From Felis catus (lineage: Eukaryota), in NCBI RefSeq assembly GCF_018350175.1, contig NC_058368.1, positions 210,430,001-210,494,000 of the forward strand: a DNA stretch of 64,000 bases, given 5' to 3'. The position numbers were made by a program, and so were the translations under genes. Below, piece by piece: positions 1 through 10,152 of the stretch. The first letter of the stretch is position 1; every line of letters starts with the position of its first letter. The notes beneath the pieces are model-generated. The model was not told the DNA's origin and did not search any database. It worked only from the letters and a program-made list of their open reading frames with translations.

Positions 1-3000
1 GAATGAATCCCACTTGATCATGGTGAATAATTCTTTTTATATGCTGTTGAATTCGATTTGCTAGTATCTTATTGAGAATTTTTGCATCCATATTCATCAG
101 GGATATTGGCCTCTGGTTCTCTTTTTTTACTGGGTCTCTGTCTGGTTTAGAAATCAAAGTAATACTGGCTTCATAGAATGAGTCTGGAAGTTTTCCTTCC
201 CTTTCTGTTTTTTGGAATAGCTTGAGAAGGATAGGTATTATCTTTGCTTTAAACGTCTGGTAGAACTCCCCTGGGAAGCCATCTGGTCCTGGACTCTTAT
301 TTGTTGGGAGATTTTTGATGACTGATTCAATTTCTTCGCTGGTTATGGATCTGTTCAAGCTTTCTATTTCCTCCTCATTGAGTTTTGGAAGAGTGTGGGT
401 GTTTAGGAATTTGTCCGTTTCTTCCAGGTTGTCCAGTTTGTTGGCATACAGTTTTTCACAGTATTCCCTGATAATTGCTTGTATCTCTGAGGGATTGGTT
501 GTAATAATTCCATTTTCATTCATGATTTTATCTATTTGGGTCCTCTCCATTTTCTTTTTGAGAAGCCTGGCTAGAGGTTTATCAATTTTGTTTATTTTTT
601 CAAAAAACCAACTCTTGGTTTCATTGATCTGCTCTACAGTTTATTTAGATTCTATATTGTTCATTTCTGCTCTGATCTTTATTATTTCTCTTCTTCTGAT
701 GGGTTTAGGCTGTCTTTGCTGTTCTGTTTCTATTTCCTTTAGGTGTTCTGTTAGATTTTGTATTTGGGATTTTTCTTGTTTCTTGAGATAGGCCTGGATT
801 GCAATGTATTTTCCTCTCAGGACTGCCTTCGCTGCATCCCAAAGCGTTTGGATTGTTGTATTTTCATTTTCTTTGTTTCCATATATTTTTTTATTTCTTC
901 TCTAATTGCCTGGTTGACCCACTCATTCTTTAGTAGGGTGTTCTTTAACCTCCATGCTTTTGGAGGTTTTCCAGACTTTTTCCTGTGGTTGATTTCAAGC
1001 TTCATAGCATTGTGGTCTGAAAGTATGCATGGTATGATTTCAATTCTTGTATACTTATGAAGGGCTGTTTTGTGACCCAGTATGTGATCTATCTTGGAGA
1101 ATGTTCCATGTGCACTTGAGAAGAAAGTATATTCTGTTGCTTTGGGATGCAGAGTTCTAAATATATCTGTCAAGTCCATCTGATCCAATGTCTCATTCAG
1201 GGCCCTTGTTTCTTTATTGACCGTGTGTCTAGATGATCTATCCATTTCTGTAAGTGGAGTGTTAAAGTCCCCTGCAATTACCACATTCTTATCAATAAGG
1301 TTGCTTATGTTTATGAGTAATTGTTTTATATATTTGGGGACTCCAGTATTCGGCGCATAGACATTTATAATTGTTAGCTCTTCCTGATGGATAGACCCTG
1401 TGATTATTATATAATGCCTTTCTTAGGCTCTTGTTACAGCCTTTAATTTAAAGTCTAGTTTGTCTGATATAAGTATGGCTACTCCAGCTTTCTTTTGCCT
1501 TCCAGTGGCATGATAAATAGTTCTCCATCCCCTCACTCTCAATCTGAAGGTGTCCTCAGGTCTAAAAAGAGTCTCTTGCAGACAGCAAATAGATGGGTCT
1601 TGTTTTTGTATCCATTCTGATACCCTATGTCTTTTGGTTGGCGCATTTAGTCCATTTACATTCAGTGTTATTATAGAAAGATATGGGTTTAGAGTCATTG
1701 TGATGTCTGTAGGTTTCATGCTTGTAGCGATGTCTCTGGTACTTTGTCTCACAGGATCCCCCTTAGGATCTCTTGTAGGGCTGGTTTAGTGGTGACGAAT
1801 TCCTTCAGTTTTTGTTTGTTTTGGAAGACCTTTATCTCTCCTTCTATTCTAAATGACAGACTTGCTGGATAAAGGATTCTCGGCTGCATATTTTTTCTGT
1901 TCATCACATTGAAGATCTCTTGCCATTCCTTTCTGGCCTGCCAAGTTTCAGTAGAGAGATCGGTCACGAGTCTTATAGGTCTCCCTTTATATGTGAGAGC
2001 ACGTTTATCCCTAGCTGCTTTCAGAATTTTCTCTTTATCCTTGTATTTTGCCAGTTTCACTATGATATGTCATGCAGAAGATCAATTCAAGTTACATCTG
2101 AAGGGAGTTCTCTGTGCCTCTTGGATTTCAATGCCTTTTTCCTTCCCCAGATCAGGGAAGTTCTCAGCTATGATTTCTTCAAGTACACCTTCAGCACCTC
2201 TCCCTCTCTCTTCCTCCTCTGGAATACCAATTATACGTAGATTATTTCTCTTTAGTGCATCACTTAGTTCTCTAATTTGCTCCTCATACTCCTGGATTTT
2301 TTTATCTCTCTTTTTCTCAGCTTCTTCTTTTTCAATAATTTTATCTTCTAGTTCACCTATTCTCTCCTCTGCCTTTTCAGTCCGAGCCGTGGTCGTCTCC
2401 ATTTTATTTTTCAGCTCATTAATAGCATTTTTTAGCTCCTCCTGGCTGTTCCTTAGTCCCTTGATCTCTGTAGCAAGAGATTCTCTGCTGTCCTTTATAC
2501 TGTTTTCAAGCCCAGTGATTAATTTTATGATTATTATTCTAAATTCACTTTCTGTTATATTGTTTAAATCATTTTTGATCAGTTCATTAGCCGTTGTTAT
2601 TTTCTGGATGTTTTTTTGAGGGGAATTCTTCTGTTTCAACATTTTGGATAGTCCCTGGAGTGGTGCGGGACTGCGGGGCACTTCCCCTGTGCTGTCTTGA
2701 ATAACTTGCGTTGGTGGGTGGGGCCACAGTCAGACCTGATGTCTGCCCCCAGTCCACCGCTGGGGCCACAGTCAGACTGGTGTGTGCCTTCTCTTCCCCT
2801 CTTCTAGGGGCAGGATTCACTGTGGGGTGGCATGGCGCGCCTGGGCTACTTGCACACTGCCAGGCTTGTGGTGCTGGGAATCTGTCGTATTAGCTGGGAT
2901 GGATCGGCAAGGTGCACAAGGGTGGGAGGGGGAGGCTCAGCTTGTTTTTCCTTCAGATATCTGCTTCGGAAGGGGCCCTGTGGCACCGGGAGGGAGTCAG

Positions 3001-3568
3001 ACCCGCCAGAGGGATGGATCCGCAGAAGCACAGTGTTCGGTGTTTGCATGGTGCAAGCAAGTTCCCTGGCAGGAACTGGTTTCCTTTGGGATTTTGGCTG
3101 GGGTATGGGCGAGGGAGATGGTGCTGGCGAGCATCTTTGTTCCCTGCCAAGCTGGACTCTGTTGTCCAGAGCTCAACAACTCTCCCTCCCGTTGTCCTCC
3201 AGCCTTCCCGTTCTCTGAGCAGAGCTGTCAACTTATAACCTTCCAGATGTTAAGTCTCGCTTGCTTTCAGAACACACTCCGTCCGGCCCCTCCGCTTTTG
3301 CAAGCCAGTCTGGGGGTCTCTGTGTGGCCGCCGGGCTGCCCCTCTGTCCCGGCTCCCTCCCTCCAGTCCGTGTAGGGCGCACCGCATCTCCACCCTTCCT
3401 ACCCTCTTCTGTGGACCTCTCGTCTACACTTGGCTCTGGAAAATCCATTCTGCTAGTCTTCTGGTGGTTTTCTGGGTTATTTAGGCAGGTGTGGATGGAA
3501 TCTAAGTGATCCGCAGAACGCGGTGAGCTCAGTGTCCTCCTACCCCGCCATCTTCCCAGATGCCTCCC
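1..3568 (-). mobile_element. LINE-1 (carnivore/felid type): 5' UTR, ORF1 and 5' part of ORF2; inactive; continues left of the window
   Basis: Minus-strand ORF1 from ATG ~2642 to 1749 (KNSPQK...NLRIIGIPEEEE...RILYPASLSF) has one in-frame TGA at 2082-2084. ORF2 endonuclease starts at ATG 1698 (MTLNPYLSIITLNVNGLN...GDFNTPL...SDHN) with stops/frameshifts. The GC-rich 5' UTR ends in the typical GGGAGG..AAGATGGCGG start at ~3568, after which sequence homologous to copy-B intron 2 (32725) resumes. Confidence 0.95.
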
Positions 3569-3635
3569 TGTCTTTTGTATAACACTGCTTAGCACAAAAT
3601 CTTTTTTTAATCTAGTTGTATTTAAAGATGGGAAA

Positions 3636-3636
<1 letters not shown>

Positions 3637-3669
<33 letters not shown>
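3637..3669. repeat. (TG)n microsatellite
   Basis: Direct reading; a shorter version lies at the homologous site ~32791 in copy B. Confidence 0.9.
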
Positions 3670-3670
<1 letters not shown>

Positions 3671-3959
3671 GTGTCCAATGCTGGACATCTTATTAGACTG
3701 TGTAGACCTGGCCTCCACGATGCCACATCTATATATTTTACCTCCTGTTCTGGTTATTTTATCCATTATTAGCATGGAGTATGAAATATTCCATGATTAT
3801 TTTAAAATTGTGTATTAAGCCTTCAATTCTTTCAGCTTTTGCTTTAGATATTTTGATGGTCTCTAATTAGGTGCATATATGTGTATAATTTTACGTCTTC
3901 TTGCTGTATTGAAACTTCTGTCTCTTGTAATCTTTTTTGATTTAAAATCAATTGCATTT

Positions 3960-4196
3960 GGGGCGCCTGGGTGGCTCAGTCGGTTGGGCGTCTGACTTCG
4001 GCTCAGGTCACGATCTCACGGTCCGTGAGTCCGTGAGTTCAAGCCCCGCGTCGGGCTCTGGGCTGATGGCTCAGAGCCTGGAGCCTGCTTCCAATTCTGT
4101 GTCTCCCTCTCTCTCTGCCCCTCCCCCGTTCATGCTCTGTCTCTCTCTGTCTCAAAAATAAATAAAACGTTAAAAAAATTAAAAAAAAAAATAAAT
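3960..4196 (+). mobile_element. Young felid tRNA-derived SINE (SINEC_Fc-like)
   Basis: GGGGCGCCTGGGTGGCTCAGTCGGTT start, (CT)n region and A tail; TSD AAAATCAATTGCATTT at 3944-3959 and 4197-4212; absent at the homologous copy-B site (~33105). Confidence 0.93.
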
Positions 4197-5100
4197 AAAA
4201 TCAATTGCATTTGGTATTTGCTTATTGACTTTTGCTGTCTTTTGGTTATTACTTGCATGGAATATTTTTTTTTTTCCATTATTTCCCTTTTAGTCTGTGT
4301 CATTGCAGATAGATTCCACTGCATGTTGAAAACTTGCAAAGATAGTACAGAAAGTTCCCATACATCCCTTACCCTGTTTCCCCCATTGTTAATATCTTTT
4401 TATTTGCAATTATTTTATTAATATGTTTTATTGAAATATAGTTGACGCACAATGTTACACATTAGCTTCAGGTGTACAACATAGCAACTTGACAACTATA
4501 TATGTTATGCTACACTCACATGTGTAGCTACCATCTCTCACCATACAAAGATATTACAATTGGTTCATGTATTTTTATCCATTCTTCCAACGTCTGTCTT
4601 TTTTGGAGAATTTAATCCAAGTTATTTAAAGTAATTACTGGTAAGGAGAGACTTACTTCTGTCATTTTGCTATTTGTTTTCTATATGCCTTTAACTTTTT
4701 TGTCCCTTACTTTCTGAATTACTGTTTCTTTTGTGGTTAGTTGATTCTTTGTAAAATGTTAAATTCTTTTCTCATTTTCTTTTGTGTATATTCTACAGCT
4801 TTTGTGTGTGTGTGTGGTTACCATGGGCATTTCATTTAATCTGCTAAATCTATGACACTCAGATTTTAGTGTTTAGTTTATACCAATTTAATAACATACA
4901 AATATTTTGTTCCTAGTGTTCCTAGATGGCTTTATCCTCATCTCTTTGGTTAGTTGATGTCACAAAATTACAATTTTATACATCATGTGCTCCTAAACAT
5001 AAATTATTGTTAATTTAAATGCACTAGTATGTTAAATTGTGTAAAAAATTTGAGTGGAGTTACAAATTTCAAATAATGATAGTAGCTTTTAAACAAATAA

Positions 5101-5288
5101 TTTTTTTAATGTTTATTTATTTTTTGAGAGAACGAGAGAGAGACAGAGCATGAGCACAGAATCTGAAGCAGGCTCCAGGCTGTGAGCTGTCAGCACAGAG
5201 CCCGATGTGGGGCATGAACTCACAAACCATGAGATTATGACCTTGGCCGAAGTCAGATGCTTAACTGACTGAGTCATCCAGATGCCCC
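5101..5288 (-). mobile_element. Carnivore SINE, older, internally deleted
   Basis: Reverse-complement SINE body ending GATGCCCC; flanking repeat AAACAAATAATTTTTTT; absent in copy B (~34055). Confidence 0.85.
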
Positions 5289-6249
5289 TAAACAAATAAT
5301 TTTTTTAATATACTAGCCTCTTAAATCATATTGAAAACAACAAGGTAGTTAGAGCCATTGTTACAATAACAGTAGCTTTTATAATGCCCATTCTTTTACC
5401 TCTTAAAAATCTTTATTTTTTCATATACCTTTAAGTTACTCTCTGGTGTCCTTTCATTCTTCCCTGAAAATGTGCCTTGTGCATTACTCCCAGGGCAGTT
5501 CTAGTGGTAACAAACACCCTTACTTTTGTTTATCTGGGATTGTCTTAATTTTCCTTGATTTTTGATGGACAGAGTTGCCTGATGTAGAATTTTTTGTTGA
5601 CAATTCTTTTTTTCCCCTTTGTTTCTTTCTTATTTCTTTTCTTTTCTCCTTCTTCATCTTCTTTTTTTTTTTAGCATTTTGAATATATTGGTCCACTGCC
5701 TTCTGGTCTCAAACTTTTTTTTATTTTGCCTCTAAAATTTTTGATTGGAAATCTATTGATAATCTCACTGACAATCACTTGTATGCGATGAGTCACTTTT
5801 TTCTTGCTCCTTTTAATATTTCCTCTTTCTCTTTCTGTATTTTGATATAATGTGTCCTGATGTGGGTGTCTGAATTCATTTTACTTGGAGTTGGATGAGC
5901 TTCCTGGATGTTTATATTAAAATCTTTCACCCAATTGGGAGGTTTTCAGCCACTGTTGCTTCATATATTCTCTCTATGTCTTTCTTTCTCTCTTCTCCTG
6001 AGCATCCACAGGGCATGTATTGGACCCTTAGACAGTGTTCCTTTTCTTCAATTCTTTAACTTTATGTTCCTCAGACTTGATCATTTCTACTGTCTTCTCT
6101 TGAGGTTCACTGATAATGCTTGATGGTTCTTTTGCTTGCTCAAATCTGCCTTTGAATCCCTCTAGTGACATTTTCATTTCATTTATTGTATTTTTCATTC
6201 CTAGAATTTGTTTTTAGTTTCTTTAGATTTTATATTCCTTTATTAAAAA

Positions 6250-6460
6250 AATTAAAATGTTTATTAATTTATTTTGAGAGAGAAAGAGTGAGCGTGAGCT
6301 GGAGAGGGGCAGAGAGAGAGAGGGAGAGAGAGAATCCCAAGCAGGCTCCTTGCTGCTAGCCCAGAGCCTGATGTGGAGCTTGATCTCACAAACCATGAGA
6401 TCATGACCTGAGCTGAAATGAAAAACTGGATACTTAACTGACTGAGCCACTCAGACACCC
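6250..6460 (-). mobile_element. Older carnivore SINE, shared with copy B (35150-35336)
   Basis: Diverged SINE body; same flanking sequence (TTTAGATTT.....CCTTTATT) precedes the SINE in both copies. Confidence 0.8.
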
Positions 6461-7404
6461 CACCTACCCTTTCTTTCAGTGACATTTTACAAACACTTTT
6501 TCCTTGACCTTCTCCACATCTTCCCTTAATTCTCTGAGAATCTTTAAGGCAGTTATTTTAAAGACATTGTCTAATACATCTGACATAAAGTAATTCTTAG
6601 GAACAGTTTCAGTTAATCTATAATTTTCTTTGGATGAAGCCTTAGTTTCCTGTGTCTTGGTGTGTCTTGTAATTTTTGTTGAAAACTGAACATTTGAATA
6701 TAAAAATGTGTATATCTGGAGATGAACCTCTCCTCCCTTCTCTTTGCAGATTTTTGTTATTAATTTTGTTTGTTTATTTATGTTTTAAAATTGTTTTATG
6801 CTGCTTTTGTGTTGAGGATCAAACCGAGGTGTAAATTTCACTGTTCACTGTCTTTTCTGAGCCTTTTCCTGGGCATGAATGGACACTTTCAAGTTTTCCT
6901 GGTATGTGTAGCTGTTTTACAATGTCCCAGGTTTAATGGTGCCCTTTCAAATGGGTAAATTGAGAAAATGAGGGGAAAAGGAGGGCATCAATCTTTTAAG
7001 ACCCCTGGAAGTCAATTGAGCCAGAGAGGGAAGTGGCTGCAATAATAGAGCATGATGCAGAAACCTTGCTGCCTGCTTCTTTGTCTGCATCTCTGCGACC
7101 AGAGCAGCAATCAGCAATCAGAGCACAGATACTTGATATTTGGACAAGGTGATTTTTTTGCCCGCTCAGGCTCTTGAAACCTGTGTACAAGCTGCTCTAT
7201 AAACAATGCATACAGCTTCCGGCTGGAGACTGAGGGATGGGGGATGGGTAGCTGCTACTGTGGAAAAAGCTGAAATTGACTAAAATTATCTGCAATTTAC
7301 AGTTAAAGACTTCCTCTGGTTGGTGGAAACCATCAATTGGCTGCAGATTTCCCAAATAGTTATTTCAGACAAATTCTGTCAGTGGAATTGTTGTCTACAT
7401 CAGG

Positions 7405-7406
<2 letters not shown>

Positions 7407-7464
<58 letters not shown>
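7407..7464. repeat. (TG)n microsatellite
   Basis: Direct reading; shorter allele at ~36735-36773 in copy B. Confidence 0.9.
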
Positions 7465-7499
7465 ATGAATTTTTCACCATTTGCTGTTTTCGAAGTATG

Positions 7500-9500
7500 T
7501 CCAGGAAAGCTCCTTATACTCTCATGCTGGAAATGGAGCCGTAATAGGTGTGCCTTGACAGTGTCAGGGATGGAAAGACCTTCCACTCAACAAGCAATTT
7601 GTCCCAGGAATTTAACTGAGGTGCCATGCCTTGTGCTTTGTGTAGGGCAGCAGCCCATCCCTCTATGTGAGTTGCTATGTGCGTGTTTGTGTCTTGACTG
7701 AATGGGCTCCACAAATCTCTGCAAAAGGAGGTTGTCCTCAAAGTACTGTCATACATGTGCTTCTGGAGAAAGTTAAATGTGGTTAAAGATCTTGCCAGCA
7801 AAACTAGCGAGTAGGGCTGTTGAGGTAGTCCATGAGAAGCCAAGTTACAAGTTACTTGTACCCTTCAAAGGTGAAGGTGAAGAGACACTAGAGCTGAGAG
7901 CTTGTTGAAATAGGAATTAAACAGAATGTATTACCAAAGGTATGACTGTAAAGAATTTATTAGTTTTAGATATAGTCAGTAATTTCAGTAAGATTGGAAA
8001 TGGAGGCCATAATATGATCACAGAAATCCACTGAGAGGCTCCATTCATTCAGGGTTAAGAATAGTCAAGTTAGGCTATTAAATGGAGAACTAGTGGGGAT
8101 AATCACTTCTTTGTTAATGGATCCTTTACAAAAAGGGATTTAATCCTTGAAGGCACTCTATTAAAACTCTATTTTGTTGTATTAAAACTTTTAATATGTT
8201 GGGCAGATCCAATGAGTTCCCTTTCATCATGGTGTTAGTACTAAAACATTAATTTTATGACTTCTTATATAGGAGCAACCATAGCTACTGTGAGATAACA
8301 ACCAATGGCTGTTATGGCTATGGGATATTTAATCCCAGTAGTTAAGACAGGGCATGCACCACTGTGCTCTATCTAATATTTTCTACCTCCTAACAGTATA
8401 GAGGTACTTTGATAAATTTTGGTGAGCTCTCATGATATATCTGTTATTTTCCCCAGTATTGACTAAGACGATTAAAGTTGGTCATTGGGGGGATCTCATC
8501 CAATGTTAAAAGTAATGTAGAACCTCTGATGTAAGTCACAAAAGCCAATCTGTGTCCTTGCTCTGTTATAGTGTTTTTTTAAAGTAATGTTAGTTGCCAC
8601 ATATGTCAAAACTGAGACCTCTGTTTTAATTTCTTTCCTGACTCTCTCACGCTGACATTTCCCATTTTTTGCCATTCCTTTCATTGTCATTATTTATACT
8701 TTGGGGGAGGGTATGCCTTTTAACCTGCTCATATTTATAAGTTCTTCCTCCAAATGTCCTAATTAGCATCACCAAAGCTAAGGGCCTTCTTGCTGGTGAT
8801 CTTAGAGAACTGAGATTAAGCTGAGTTTGAATTAACCCTTGAATTAACCCCATGAGGGTGTCATCAGTGTTTCCCTTATACTGTGTTAATCAAGGTTTTC
8901 TTTGAGCTGCAGAGATATCATGAGCAACAGTAGCAAAGGCATTTTCTCGGGTTCTAGTGCACCTTCTCCTTTTACAGTGTGGAGTTCATCAGATGGCATG
9001 GTGCTATCCTCCTCACACCGTTCAGTGGGCTTGTAAACTGGAATCAGTCTTAACTCAGAGCACTGTTTATAATGGGGGCAGTCCTTGAGATGTACAACCA
9101 TTGGTCATGCGGTTCTACCTAGCCTAGTGTCAATCACATGGTTCCTGCTGGAATCCAGAAACAAAGTGGATTCTGACAGAGAAGATAGGTTTGTGTGAGA
9201 CACATGACCAGGGCCACTTAAAGGCTAAACCTATCCTTTTGTTTCTAAATGCCAATTATGGAAGCCTCTGAGTGGGATGGAGGTGCAGGTTCCCCTCATG
9301 GGGTCTGGCTTGTTTGGCTGAAAATCTTGGTCACACGAGGGAGGTCGTGTTGAGGCTTTCTCCTCATTTTTCCAAGATATGTCCCAGAAAGTTAAGGAGG
9401 AAATGGAGCTTGAAAGCTGTCAACAGTCCAACTTCAAAAATGGTGCCAGACTCTTTAGTACACATGAGTTATGGGGGAAATGTCGGAATGGTAAGTAGGA
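7500..9500 (-). mobile_element. Fossil class III (ERV-L/ERV3-16A3-like) endogenous retrovirus internal region with pro/RT remnants (copy A intron 2)
   Basis: Minus-strand translation across frameshifts gives [29 protein letters not shown] (cf. LPxGYxNSP), V*QYFEDNLL (YIDD motif, 7734-7745) and [28 protein letters not shown] (cf. ERV-L GWEINPxKIQGPxTSVKFLG). A degenerate protease motif LVNTG lies near 8450-8470. The right boundary is approximate. Confidence 0.75.
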
Positions 9501-10043
9501 CTGCAGGGGACTACTCTTGTTAACTTAGCCTTTGCCATATTTTTGGGTGAATGAAAAACCTTTGCATGTGTCACCTGTAAGTAATAAAAAATATCTCTTT
9601 TTTCCTAAAAAACAAAGGACTGGGGAGCTGGGATAAAATTAAATCTGTATTTAAATACAAAGTGTAGCACTTACTATATGTACAACCGTGATGAATTATC
9701 TGACACTCCATTTATGTTTGTCTTCTCATCTGTAAAATGAAGAATATCTATACCTTTACATGAAAGCTTCAAATAGAACTTTACTTTTATTTAAGTTCTA
9801 TATCATTCATTCAATTGAATAGAAGTAATTGAATTATTATAATGTTCTCAATAAATAGTATCAGATCCTATGACTGAAGAAATGAAAAAGCAAGCAGAAA
9901 ACCGAAAAACCCTCTAAAAGCAAACATGCAGATATATATAAAATTATTAGGATAAAAAAAACTATGGTATCATGCCAAAATTATCTGCATTGTTGGACTT
10001 AATGACATATTTTTATTGGTGTTTTTAAAAATTTTTTATTTAG

Positions 10044-10152
10044 AAAAGAAGGAAAATGCATACCAAGTTATCAGTTGGCTTCTACCTGAGAATCAAGAAA
10101 AAGAATTAAAGAAACGTTTTGGTTTGTATATTGAAGAAGCTTTGCATGGCAG
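10044..10152 (+). CDS. UGT3A: UGT3A copy A exon 3 (109 nt)
   Basis: tttag|AA AAG AAG GAA AAT GCA TAC CAA GTT ATC AGT TGG...CAT GGC AG|gtaatt; translates [36 protein letters not shown]. Confidence 0.88.

Larger units (their letters stand above)
4560..7390 (-). mobile_element. Old degraded L1 (ORF1/5' region) interrupted by SINEs
   Basis: T-rich antisense L1-like sequence; the homologous copy-B segment translates to an L1 ORF1-like [12 protein letters not shown] (34263-34481 ORF). Boundaries are approximate. Confidence 0.55.

Noticed and set aside
315..2619. Long + strand ORFs (158 aa, 236 aa; similar ones at 59281-63168)
   Set aside because: Antisense shadows of L1 ORF1/ORF2 with low-complexity Ser/Leu/Phe composition; no evidence of independent genes.
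1..3568. Idea that the two terminal L1s are part of the gene duplication unit
   Set aside because: They occupy non-homologous sites (intron 2 of A versus 3' of B), and each site is empty in the other copy, so they are independent insertions.
2782..3775. Overlapping ORFs of 100-200 aa in the L1 5' UTR (ORF0-like?)
   Set aside because: GC-rich sequence yields long ORFs by chance, most have non-ATG starts, and conservation cannot be tested because the second L1's UTR is cut by the window edge.
3960..4040. tRNA-like A/B boxes in SINE heads as tRNA genes
   Set aside because: They are the tRNA-derived heads of carnivore SINEs, with CT-rich bodies, A tails and TSDs.
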